Part shown: piece after piece, positions 39,598-51,786 of the stretch
How the letters are laid out: the number at the start of each line of letters is the position of its first letter
Position numbering within the stretch: the stretch's first letter is position 1
Assembly (NCBI RefSeq): GCF_001194135.2
Contig: NC_068988.1
Coordinates: 13,085,985 to 13,149,984 of the forward strand
Length of the DNA: 64,000 nt
DNA from: Octopus bimaculoides
Lineage: Eukaryota
Reading direction: 5' to 3'
Notes under the pieces: model-generated
Told to the model about the DNA's origin: nothing
What the model saw: the letters and a program-made list of their open reading frames with translations, nothing else
The model's database searches: none
Program-made: the position numbers and the translations under genes

Positions 39598-39726
39598 CAT
39601 TTGATTGTAAAGTCAACCCATTTTTAATAGTGTAAAAAGTTTATCTTGAGTAGTGATGTTTATTACATCACTACTCAAGATAAACTTTTTACACTATTAA
39701 AAATGGGTTGACTTTACAATCAAATG
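39598..39726. repeat. Perfect inverted repeat, 62-bp arms, 5-nt spacer
   Basis: 39598-39659 is the exact reverse complement of 39665-39726. Confidence 0.97.
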
Positions 39727-40099
39727 GCTAATATTTGAGTAGTGATAGTTTTGAATGAGATTTTGTAGTTAATTTGTCATTGTAATATACTTTCGTGAAT
39801 GATATATATATTTAATGGAATGTGTTGAAGTCACACAAGAATATACAGACAGAAACTAAGATAAGACTGCATGGTGATGTCATCATTTCTGGAAATATTG
39901 CTAAAAGTGACATTTAGTAGTTTATTCTATGAAATCTTATTGCACTGTCTATATATCTATTGTCTGTACTGACCACACAATACTAAGGTATTGCTTACTC
40001 TCTTTTTGTGTGGAAAGCAAGGCCATTTTTCTGTAATTGTGCTTGTGTGACATTCTCAGCTAACATGGTCTTTATGCTGATTGAATAATTTAAGTCTTG

Positions 40100-40910
40100 T
40101 TTTCAAAGTTTCAAACTTCTACAGGTTTCTATCATCTCATTTTCTACTGAAAGTCAACACACCAAACTTTCCATAGACTTTTAGTGCTAAAATGAAGAGA
40201 AGGTTAAGGACCTCCCTATACAATAAATTTCTCATTGATTATATTTTTAGCCCCTTATACATGGATTGAATAGCTTTCCTGATCCCTTCATCTACATAGT
40301 TTATTTATTGCTCCAATAGGAATACAAAGCATGAAATCCTATCAATGGACTTTGTTTAGATTAACAAATACAAGATTCAGTTTTTTGCTCAAGAAATTAT
40401 TTCACAGTCAGTACAAAATTTGTGATAACTGCCTTTCTATATCAATCTGTCAGCATGAGACCCTTAGAATTTCCTCTCCTTGACCTCTTATAATAGTTGA
40501 CTTCAGTGTTGTTACGACACAATCTGATTAACTAAGAGATAAGTGCCCTACAAATTTCTTCTAATGCTTCTAGTACTCTAGCCAAAATCCACAAACATTT
40601 TGCAGCCTATGTCTACCATCATACACTTAATTACATTGCTTTCTATCTCCTGTGTGATTGCTACAGCTGACCAGTTTGTTATGCCAGTTGTGTATTGGTT
40701 CATCCTATCCAATCCTATTTCATGTCCAGTGGTACTTCTACATGCTTTCTTTTCTGTATGAACTGAAAGCAGAGGTACTATTGCTATTTTGAACACACAT
40801 CTCTCTTCTGACGCAAATGCTATATATTGCAAATTTATTAATCCATGTGTGTTTTTATGTATTTGAAGTAATAGATTTTCAACATAAATAGCATATCGAT
40901 TTCTTTCTTA
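40100..40910 (-). mobile_element. Old RTE LINE remnant (linker and RT core)
   Basis: EERCVFKIA, MVDIGCKM..LVNQIV, VNYYKRSRRGNSKGLML (like NCYKGKGD..RGNYRGLKL), LVFVNLNKVHDRI (like FVDLEKAFDRV). Confidence 0.6.
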
Positions 40911-41149
40911 GGCATGTGACCAATTTTGTGAAGGGTGAGGGAATTGCGTTATCTCCACTAAAATACTGAGGCTTATTTCTTGACCTGAAGGTATGTACAG
41001 CAAAGTTGACATTGGGGATATTTGACCTCAAAATTGTGAGTATCTAAGTAGATGACATTAAAGCATATAATTTGGCACTATCTTATGTTTTTATGAAAAG
41101 GAGATTTAAGCATTATTTAAAAATTTTTATCCAAACTGGAAGAACAGTG

Positions 41150-41460
41150 CTTAAGATATTATGGCTGGGTTTCAACCTGGGCTGCAGCAACATGTCCACT
41201 TGCCATACTTCTCAGTCCATCATCACTGCCTTGAGGTCCTGGATGCATTCCAGGCCAGTGTCTGCAATCAAGTTGTCAATGAAAGGACACACATTGGACA
41301 TATTCAACTCCACTTAAAAAGGGACATAACCTGAAGAGTCAAGAACAGGAAAAGAACATGCTTATTGTCTGGAGACAAGAGGAGGGACATGGGCATGTGA
41401 TTCTGGCACAGTACCTTTCATTAGCTCAACAATTGTCCAACCACATCTCCCATAGCCAAA
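41150..41460 (-). mobile_element. LINE ORF2 C-terminal remnant
   Basis: FIDNLIADTGLECIQDLKAVMMD*EVW resembles RTE-type C-termini. Confidence 0.5.
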
Positions 41461-41591
41461 ATGAAGTTGAACATTTGTGGCCTAAATCATTTCTGGTTCA
41501 ATTGCCTCCTTCTCTTTCTCTGTCTCTCATACACATGCACATATTTGTATATATATATATATATGTGTGTGTGTGTATGTATGTATGTATG

Positions 41592-41621
<30 letters not shown>

Positions 41622-41622
<1 letters not shown>

Positions 41623-41718
41623 CTTAAAAGATAGAGCTCAAAATCAATGCATTGAAGATACTTTATTGCTGCAATAAAGTATCTTCAATGCATTGATTTT
41701 GAGCTCTATCTTTTAAGA
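41622..41718. repeat. Perfect palindrome, 48-bp arms, 1-nt spacer
   Basis: 41622-41669 is the exact reverse complement of 41671-41718; flanked by (TA)n. Confidence 0.97.
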
Positions 41719-41823
41719 GACATATATATATATATACATACAAAAACTCACCTGTGAGCTTTTTGCTAAGACTGTTAACAGATACTATATATTTTGTAAA
41801 ATTTTGTTTTATAAAAGTATATA

Positions 41824-41871
<48 letters not shown>

Positions 41872-42184
41872 CATATATATATATATACATGTATGCATAT
41901 ATGTATACATATATAATATATCTATAGGGATATATATCTGTATACATATATATATGTATACATGCATGTGTGTGTATGTACATATCTGTATGCTTGCATA
42001 TAAAAACTCTGCAAATAATATTTCCATAATTCTCAATTTTTAATATGTATTTTCAACGAACATACGGCAGCAACTGAGACTACATATTGAATTGTAATAA
42101 TGAAATAAACTGATGTGCTTCAAGAGAAAACAGCTGCGATTTACCTTAACTAACAACACTATATATATATATATATATATATAT

Positions 42185-42625
<441 letters not shown>

Positions 42626-42659
42626 TTATAATCTGTATTTGAATGTATGTTTATATATA

Positions 42660-43262
42660 CCTAAAGGGTGTTTGGGCTAAATTTGACAGTTTGTGTGAAA
42701 GCAAAAAAAAACAAAAAACAAAAAAAAACACAATATCCCATTCCAAAATAAAGAATTTTTTAAAAATCAAAAAACATCAGCTTGATTATGATTAGGAGAT
42801 AACAGTTTACTCAAAGTAGCCACCCTCAGCTTCCACCTCAGCCTCAACCTGGAATGCTGAACATGCATTCCCCACTGTGTCCCTGAAAAGATCTCTGAAT
42901 TCCTCCTTAATCTTGGTCACCAGCTTGGCTTTGGTGTTGCAGGCAGAGCAGTTGGTGTCTTTGTCAACTGTGCCCCACACTTTGTAATCAAGGAGAATTA
43001 AGAGGCCAGAAATTAGGGCTGGTGAAATTTAAAAAAATTCTTTGACAACCACTTTCGACTCTTTCTAGCGGTATGGTAAGAAGCTGAATCCTGCTTGCCA
43101 CATGCAACCCTCTCCGGCTAATATTTGACCATAATCCCCATCATGGTACAGCTAACCCTTTTCTAATAGTCCTCCTAGTCACTTAACTTTTTCTTATCTG
43201 CAACTTTAGTCTTGATGCTATCAATGCTGTTGACTGTTCACCAATACATCAAGATGTTCCTG
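42660..43262 (-). mobile_element. Tc1/mariner (maT-like) transposase 3' part
   Basis: LLDYKVWGTVDKDTN...NTKAKLVTKI...ACSAFQVEAEVEAEGGYFE*; aagggtgtttggg TIR-like end near 42662. Confidence 0.8.
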
Positions 43263-43692
43263 AGAGAAAAGAAAAAAAACATATATAAAATACTTAAATT
43301 AAGTAGCCTGAACACCACATATTATGTGTGTGTGTTTTCATACACTCACACATGTATATAATTTTATATTTGTGTGGGAATAAATTCACACGTAAGATAT
43401 CTAGATAGATATATGCATATTAATGTGTAATCAGTGTTTTTCATACTTTTTTGGGGGGGTAATGTGCATACACGCGATCTGTTGTAAGGGAAGTAACTCA
43501 TGTCGCCTTAATGTGAAAGCAACTGTAGTGTCACTTGGAAAATCATTGATAAATTTCTCAGAGCAATTGATTTTTGCTTCATTTTTTAATTTTAATTAAA
43601 CAGATTTCGATTTTTTTTTTGTCAGCCATAAATGTATTTTTTATCGTGTTTTCTCTGAATGAAGCCTTCATTTTTACTTTTCATTACCTATA

Positions 43693-43860
43693 GGCACAGA
43701 CGTGGCTGTGTGGTAAGAAGTTTGCTTCTCAACCACATGGTTCCAGGTTCAGCCCTACTGTGTGACACCTTGGGACAAGTGTCTTCTGCTATAGTCTTGG
43801 CTAACCAAAGCCTTGTGAGTGGATTTGGTAGATGAAAACTGAAAGAAACTTGTCATATAT
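43693..43860 (+). mobile_element. SINE family A, 5' half
   Basis: ggcacagacgtggctgtgtggtaagaag... Confidence 0.85.
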
Positions 43861-44099
43861 ATATATATTTATGTATATTTATTTTTTGATGCAGCTTACT
43901 TCACAGTTTTTGCTGTATTGATTGAGAAACCACTGGTTTACCGTTAAGTTAAATGTTTTTAAGAGATTAATTTTGAAAGCTGCATTCCCTCGCTTTCGGT
44001 AAATATGTTGCTTATTTTTTGGTAGTTTTTGACTTATTTAGTCCCTCTAAGCATGAGGCATTGCTATATAGTTAATGCCCTTATATAAATTATATTTAT

Positions 44100-44340
44100 G
44101 TATATGTATGTACATATTTATGTGTGTGTGTCTTTGTGTCCATGTTTGTCTCACCCCACCCCACCATCGCTTGACAACTAATGTTGGTGTGTTTACGTCT
44201 CTGTAAACTGAGTGGTTCTCTGTAACTTAGTAGTTCAGCAAAAGAGACTGATAGAATAAGCATTAGGCTTACAAAGATTAAGTACTGGGGTGCTCCAGCA
44301 TGGTCGCAGTCAAATGACTGAAACAAGTAAAAGAATAAAA
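44100..44340 (+). mobile_element. SINE family A, 3' half (continuation of 43693)
   Basis: ccaccatcgcttgacaac...gaaacaagtaaaagaat. Confidence 0.85.
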
Positions 44341-45011
44341 GAAAGAAACCCTACTCTGTATTTTTTTTACTTGTCTCAGCCACGAATTAAATATCTTGTG
44401 AAGTACAAATGGAGTATATATGTCCAGTGTTGAATTTATGAGTGAAAGAGAGACTAAAATTTTATCTTGTTTGTAGACTCTATTAAAATATCATGTGATG
44501 TATTTGCTAATTTAGTGTTTCAGATCTCTGGAAATCCAATACTCTTAGGCTCTTGTCCAGAAACTCCCTCCTCCCATCACACAATACTCCTGTTTTTAAA
44601 AGTCTCCTTTTTCCAATGCTCAAAATTTGATTCATTTTACTTAGATTTGGTATAACTCATTGGATATGGTCTCAGAGGGTACTATGGCAGGGTGCTATTA
44701 GAGGGTGCTATGGCAGCAAGAAAGTTGTTCTTCAAATTTAACTACTCTACCACAAATGTTTTCTTTAACTTTTCCATACTCGTTTTCCATTGCAAGACTT
44801 GCTCAAATAAGACATATTATTTAAATTCAAATTCCAGTAGTTTTAAGTTTCTGTTTCTTGTTCTGTACTTTTCCAGGTTCAGTTAAGAATATTTTCACTC
44901 AAATGCTTGCTTTTTTCCTGCTAGTGAACGTGTTCATGTGTGTGTGTGAGTGTCTGTATATTTTCATTGCATTTTTATGTATTTTTACACTGACATTAAA
45001 TGAAATTGTAA

Positions 45012-45057
45012 ATGAAGGGTTTCTCCTTTGACCATGTGATTATCATGGATCCCAAAG
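45012..45057 (+). CDS. Candidate exon MKGFSFDHVIIMDPK(D)
   Basis: Donor AAG|gtaatg; joins in frame across a 96-nt intron to 45154. Confidence 0.25.
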
Positions 45058-45153
45058 GTAATGTGAATGTCATATTGAAGTAATTAATAGGAGTCTGGGT
45101 AACTGACAATTTATGACAGTTCATTGTACCTCACCTAAATGATGTATTTACAG

Positions 45154-45209
45154 ATGAGGGTGAAAATAATTCTATGAAAGCACAACCAGTTCCATATACA
45201 TATATGAAT
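45154..45209 (+). CDS. Candidate exon (D)EGENNSMKAQPVPYTYMN
   Basis: Acceptor gtatttacag, consensus donor AAT|gtgagt, open in the frame predicted from 45012. Confidence 0.3.
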
Positions 45210-45778
45210 GTGAGTATGTAATTTGGTAAAAGACATATTATATGCAATCATATATGTAGGCGTATAATTATGAATGAACACATTATTGTTCATTCAAATT
45301 TATGCATTCACACATGCACACACTCACACAATCGATTTTGATTCCTGATTGAATCTGTTTCACTTATGGCATTAATACCCTTGAGAAAGATTCATCTTTA
45401 CTCTCTGTTGAATTTGTAGCTTGTGAATGTGTTATCATAATGATAGAGCAAGGAACTGTTTTATATCTAATTTTCAATATGAACACAGTTGAAATGTTCA
45501 TGAATGTGTCGATATTATGCAGAATTGGAGCAAATGTTTTTGCTGTGAGATACTTTCTTTATGGCTTATTACTCATGAAGGATGGCATCTGCTTTTTAGT
45601 AGAGCAACCAAAACTATATTGTGTCTCACATAGAGAGATTAAACATGTACTATGGGTACATATATTTATATATAATAGTTGGCAATTATAAGACATTTGA
45701 ATTATGGAACATAATTTTTACTCCTTCCTCCCACACGTTTACAGACACATATTTATCACATGGACATATGTGCATATA

Positions 45779-45809
<31 letters not shown>

Positions 45810-45843
45810 GTGTGTATATGTACATAGTTGTATGCTTGCTTGC

Positions 45844-45909
<66 letters not shown>

Positions 45910-45911
45910 GT

Positions 45912-46400
45912 ACAGGCTTGGTTGTGCAGTAAGAAGTTTGCTTCCTAACCACATGGTTCCAGGTTCAATTCCACTACATGCACTTTTGGGCACATGTCTA
46001 CTATAACCCAGGGCCAACTAAAGCCTCGTGAATGGCTTTAGTAGATGGAAACTGAAAGAACCCAACCATATGTGTGTTTGTGTTTGTGCTTGTCCCCACC
46101 CCTATCACCTGACAACCTGTGTTGGTTTGTTTATGTCCCCATAACTTGGTAGTTCCGCAAAAGAAATCAATAGAGTATGTTTGTCTTTGTGTCTGCATTT
46201 GCCTACCCCTACCACTACCATATGACAACTGGTGTCAGTGTATTTATGTCCCCATAACTTAGCAGTTTGGTAAAAGAGACTGATAGAATAAGTATCAGGC
46301 TTTAAAGAATATGTACTGTGGTCAATTTGTTCAACTAAAATTCTTCAAGGCAGTACCCCAGCATAGCCAAAGTCTAATGACTGGAACAAGTAAGACATAA
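45912..46400 (+). mobile_element. SINE family A with a duplicated central module
   Basis: The tgacaac..gtttatgtccccataactt block occurs twice (about 46110 and 46205). Confidence 0.85.
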
Positions 46401-46421
46401 AAGATCTCATTCTGGTAGTTA

Positions 46422-47306
46422 TATGAAGTGGTATTAAAAAGTTCCCGGACTAGTTACATTATATTTACCTAAGTTTTAACACTATCTCCTTCAAAATAGT
46501 TACCTTGTGCAGCAATGCACCTGCCTCAGCATTCCTGCAACTTATGGAATTTGGTCTGGAAGTTGTTTCCCATAAGCGAGTCAAGAACCTTCTGCAATTT
46601 GCTCTTGATCATGACAACAATGTTAAAATATGATCTTTGAACTTCATTTTCATCTTGGGAAAGAGATGGAAGTCTGCAGGTGCTAAATTTGGTGAATAGG
46701 GCAGGTGTGGAAGCAATACCCTGTTATTTTTGGCAAGAAACATGGGTGGCGAGAGATCAGTGACAGGGTGCATTGTCATCGTGAAGAAGCCAATTCTTCA
46801 CTTTTCACAGATCCAGTTGCTTTCACCAAATGTCCTTCCTCAAATGCTTCAAAGCATCACAGTAGAACTCTCAATTGATGATCTGGCCCTGGAGTCTGCA
46901 TTCTCTCAATGCACACTAATGCAGATGCTGAAAAAAACAATGAGGGACATTCTTCTGTTTTGAAGTGCCAATGCCACTTGAAACATTGCATACAACTCAT
47001 TGCCTTGTTGCCATAAGCTTGCCAAAGCATGCTCAGTGTCTCTGTAGCAGACTTCCCAAGTTTAATGCAAAATTTCACGTTGGTTCTTTGTTCCAACTTC
47101 CTGTCCATGACAAAAATTGCAGACTACAGCATACACGTGATCACAAAAACACCAATTTCATTATTTGTAGAGTAAACACAGTGATGTCACTTGGCACACG
47201 ACCTCATGAAGGTCACTGCTATCTCTCACTGTGCACACGACCATGTGCTGTGGTCTATTGGTGTGCTACAGAACTAGTCTGGAAACTTTTTGATACCACC
47301 TTTGTA
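46422..47306 (-). mobile_element. Mariner transposon, internally deleted, with both TIRs and a TA TSD
   Basis: TA-tgaagtggtattaaaaagttcccggactagt and actagtctggaaactttttgataccacctttg-TA; MDRKLEQRTNVKFCIKLGKSATETL, WLLHDDNAP, YSPNLAPADFHLF. Confidence 0.95.
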
Positions 47307-49167
47307 TATATAAAGTACAACACAAAACGTTTCAGAGTAACATTACACTTTCTCATTAACATATTAATTGAAATGAGGATTACACAACGAATAATAACCC
47401 TGTTTAGCTCTTAGAGAAATAATTCACCAAACATTAAGAAATAAGCTAAGCTATGCTTTGCTTTAGTTTTGTTTGGGACTACATGTGCACACCATGGGGC
47501 ACTGTCTGGTTATCAGAGTGGCAGTCTGATAGTGAGGGTATGTTATACTGCTACATTATTTTTGTCAGGTCTTGTTTTCGTAGTGGAAGTAAGTAAAATA
47601 GATGTGGTAAAGTAGGAAATCTGCTTTGAGGCACTCACTGTGTCTATAGCCTTTGTGAGCCCTGCAATGGTTGCTGTAGTTGTTGATGTCCAGCTTGAAG
47701 CTTTGTAGATCAATCTCTACTGGGGGAAACATTTGCAGAGAGGTTTTAAAAACTGATTTGGTGCATGATGGCTCATGAAATCCATGTTAGTATGGAAGAG
47801 CAAATGTAAAATGGTGATGTTTTAGGTAGTTGCAGTTCTTGGACTAAAGATTAGGCAATGTGTTCAGTAAGAATGTTTGGAGAGTGAGATGTTGAAATGA
47901 CAGATAGAGAAGAAATGGATGCATTAAGTGAATCCAGGTGTGGCAAGGACCCTAATGAGACAATTGTTTGCAGTTGTTTGAACTCAAATGATTTGGCATG
48001 GCTGACTGGACATTCAGCCTGTTTTGATGACAGTACTTTTTGGCACTGAAGGTAAACACACATGTGTAGAAATATACACAGATAAACAGAGAGAGGGAAA
48101 GAGAGAGACATTAGAGTTTATTAATTGAACATAATTGACAAACTTTCTCTCTCCTCATACATATAAAGAAATATAGTTACACAAATAAACAGAGAGAAAG
48201 AGAGAGGTAGGGGAGGGAGAGAACAAGAGAAATATTAAAATGTCTGGTGTCAAATAAGTCAGCATCAAATCAGCCATACCAAATAGATGGCACCAAAATA
48301 GCTGTACCTGAATGTCTCATACCCACAGGAACACATTTCACTTATTCATTCACAGAAATTATTGTTCTGGTGATAAAGGAGACGTTGGAGGAAGTATAGC
48401 GTATTTGTACACTTGTGGTTTTATTTCATTAGTAAGTAATGGTTTGCCTATCAGTTGGTTGGCTTTTCTTTGGATGCAAGAACTTCGGGAGCAATTGGTG
48501 CTGCAGGTTTTTAGATGAGTTGATAGATTGTATTGAGGTTAGATAGAAGAGATAGTAAGTTTAGTGGTAGAATTGTAGTTGTAGTCTTATTAGATTTATA
48601 ATGCAGATAACTCTTTGCAGCTTCTAATAGAAAACAACGATGTAGGAAAATATAGAGGAATGATTATTCGTATTGCATCTGAGTAAATGAAAAAAATAAT
48701 AACTAAGTTTGGAATTTAAGTAGTGTCAAAGCAAATATTTATAAAAAATATTTTCTAGACAAAAAAATTATTAGCCACAAACATGCATTTCCCTTGTGGT
48801 TCGTAGCCATTATTCTCTCTCTTTTGATACTGCAACTGTCTCTGCTCTTCTAATCTTTGTGGTTGTAAGTACATCTTAATTAAATTAATTCAATATATAC
48901 ATCTTAGTGCTTTGTACTAAAGTATATTAAAACATTGCTAGATTCTTCCTCAGACTCATTTCTCTTGTCTATATTTTCCCCTCTAACCACAAACTTCAGT
49001 TTCAATTGAACACTAATCAAACTAACCTCAATATCTTTGTCTTAGCCTAGGGCCTTGCATAAAAAAGGCTCGTTTCTTCAGAATATAAATAAAATACAAT
49101 ATATAAAAGAATAAATAACTATATACTGGGTAACATTAAAGGGAGGAGGAGGAGGAGATAAACTGAA

Positions 49168-49530
49168 GTGCTGACATGGCTGTGTGGTTAAGAAGCTTGC
49201 TTTGCAACTATGTGGTTTGGGATTCAATCCCAGTGTGCAGTTCCTTGGGTAAGTGTCTTGTATAGCTCTGGACCAACCAATGCTATGTGAGTGAATTTAG
49301 TAGATGGAAACTATGTAGAAACCCATTGTTTCCACATATGTGTGTGTGTTTGTCTTTCACTACTGCTTGATAACTGGTGTTGGTTTGTTTACTTCTCCAT
49401 GACTTCCATGATTCGGTAAAATAATCTGACAGAATAAGCAACAGACTCAAAATAAGTACTGGGGTTGATTTGTTTGACTTAACCTTTCAAGGCAGTGCCC
49501 CAGCATGACCATAGTTCAATGACTGAGATG
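49168..49530 (+). mobile_element. SINE family A
   Basis: gtgctgacatggctgtgtggttaagaag...caatgactgag. Confidence 0.85.
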
Positions 49531-50694
49531 AGAAAATACATAGAAATGTAACCGACTACACAACAAGTAACTCCTGTGACGCTTGCCAATACAAGAGAAG
49601 GAAGTAGAATTTTAAAAAGATGTAAATTTGTTAATATTTTTGTTTTAATACTTTAATATTATTACAAATTAATATTCTTTTGTCTGTCGGAATGTTGGAG
49701 GCAATACTCCACAGTTGACTGCATATTACTGTTTACTTTCTACCTTTTTAAATTCTGTAGAACAGAGGCCAGGAAACCATTTTGCTTTGCTCAAGGGCAG
49801 ACACACTGCTAAAAAATAAAACAAACAAAAAGAACAATTTTATGATTGGATTACAGTCAATTATGCATTTATTTTGTAAAGATACAGTTTAAAGGTGTAA
49901 ATTAGTTGAAAATGAATTGGTTAACTCTTTTCTGTTTTTACGTTTTTGGTTTTAAAAATCACAAGATTTTTGTATTTCATACATATAACAACGTAAAAGA
50001 AGGCAGTGTTTCAAGTAGATTATCTATAATGTATGGAAAGAAATTTATTATATTCAAACAAAATTCCTGGCATTTGCATTAGTTACTAAGCAACCTGTTA
50101 AATGTGTAGGTGTCATTTTTATTTCTCAAACAATGTCTTGTAATGTTGGTTGAAATGAAGTGGACACTTAGAAGCAATCTAGTAAACCATGTTAACAATT
50201 TGTTTTATTTTGTATCTGAAAATTTTGTTTCTGAAAATCTAATATTATTTCTAACAATTTTATGTTGATAACATAAGGATAATGCCAATTTATTGAAAAT
50301 TTACACCAAATATATACGTTGTATTCAGAGAATCAGCATATTTCAAAGTGTTTTTATATGATAATTTGTGTTTTGACTTGGTTCAGGCTAGGAAGAATGA
50401 CTAATGACTGTAAAATTCTATGTAAGAGAATAATATAGATAATAATAGTAATAATAATAATAATAATAGTAATAATAATAATAATAATAGTAATAATAAT
50501 AATAGTAATAATAATAATTTCATTTGGACTTTCAAATATTAAAGACACATCTTCTTGGTTACAGTAATCAACATACTATGCAAAAGTGTTTATACTCTGA
50601 ATCCAGGGCACATTTTTTTCCTTTTTACTTATAATCTTTTTAACTGTTCCTAGACTGAGGTATTGAAATAAGTAGGTGAAGTAGTGGAATTAAT

Positions 50695-50940
50695 CATCAT
50701 CATCATCGTTTTAACATCCACTTTTCCATGCTTACGTGGGTTGAATGGAATTTGTTGAGGCAGCTTTTTTATGACCAGATGCCCTTCCTGTTGCCAACCT
50801 TCACTTGTTTCCAAGTAAGGTAATATTTCCCCATGACCAGATATGTTTTCTCAGAATATTGGAAATGAAGGGCACTACTTGCATGATGGTGACACTTGTT
50901 TACAACTATCACATGAAGTCAAAGCATGGAGACAATAGCG
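50695..50940 (-). mobile_element. RTE-type tail module of a SINE
   Basis: (cat)n then gttttaacatccacttttccatgc...gatgcccttcctg; likely paired with the head at 51202-51362. Confidence 0.75.
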
Positions 50941-50942
50941 CG

Positions 50943-51019
<77 letters not shown>

Positions 51020-51029
51020 NNNNNNNNNN
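50941..51029. repeat. (CA)n followed by a 10-N gap
   Basis: Direct observation. Confidence 0.95.
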
Positions 51030-51201
51030 TACATTTAAATTTCTATCTTACGAACTGAAAAGGGAGCATGACAAAATTAACTAAATTACCATAGAATAAT
51101 GGTTTCATATTTTTTCATAATTAAGATCTAAACTGTTAATATATGAATATGAAAGAGATAGTTGAATAACTGTACACCTACTTTTGGGCCACCCTGTACA
51201 A

Positions 51202-51362
51202 TAGGTTTCTTTCAGTTTCCATCTACCAAATCTATTCACAAGGCTTTGGTGGACCTGGAACTATACTAGAAGACACTTGTCTAAGGTGCTACCTAATGGG
51301 ATCGAATCTAGAATAGTATGGTTGAGAAGCAAACTTATTACCACATAGCCATACCTGTGCCT
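51202..51362 (-). mobile_element. SINE family A head
   Basis: tttcagtttccatctaccaaatc...ccacatagccatacctgtgcct. Confidence 0.8.
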
Positions 51363-51674
51363 AAATTAATATTTAATTTAAATTGTTCTGGCAAGAACAT
51401 AATGGATAGGAAAGGAGTTTTAATTACATCCAGACTATTAACCTCATTTTTAGTGTATAGATATAGCCATTATATATAAACCCTCTTAAGTATATATCTA
51501 AGTATATATAAGCCCTCTTAAGTAGCGGTTAATAGTTCATAAAATTACGATCTTCATAAAAACTCACCCCAAATGTTTAACTACTGTCTACAAAAAATGA
51601 TTATAAGAATGTATTAAATACAGTAAATATAACTAGTCCATGGAAACTAGTGGTTTGTCAGCATTAGCAAAATC

Positions 51675-51786
51675 CTAATTCTTTAGCATTTAAGCTGGTC
51701 GTATCTAGCCCAAATATTCTACCTGTTTTATGTGCGAATAAACAAGGATTGTATTTCACAGAGAAATCTGAATGCGAAAGGGTTAA
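51675..51786. mobile_element. Short TTAA-type MITE derivative
   Basis: tttagcatttaagctgg...gaaagggTTAA; homologous to the 29683 element. Confidence 0.6.

Noticed and set aside
40578-40908. 110-codon stop-free minus-strand frame that looked like a host exon
   Set aside because: It runs into RTE RT motifs downstream and contains RTE-linker-like words (EERCVFKIA, MVDIG); best explained as a LINE remnant
45265-45303. Small AT-rich hairpin tgaatgaaca/tgttcattca
   Set aside because: A 10-bp stem is expected by chance at this AT content
48355-48431. Exon-like unit NYCSGDKGDVGGSIAYLYTCGFISL with a gtaagt donor
   Set aside because: It lies beside TIR-like repeated motifs (48240-48310) and is probably transposon sequence
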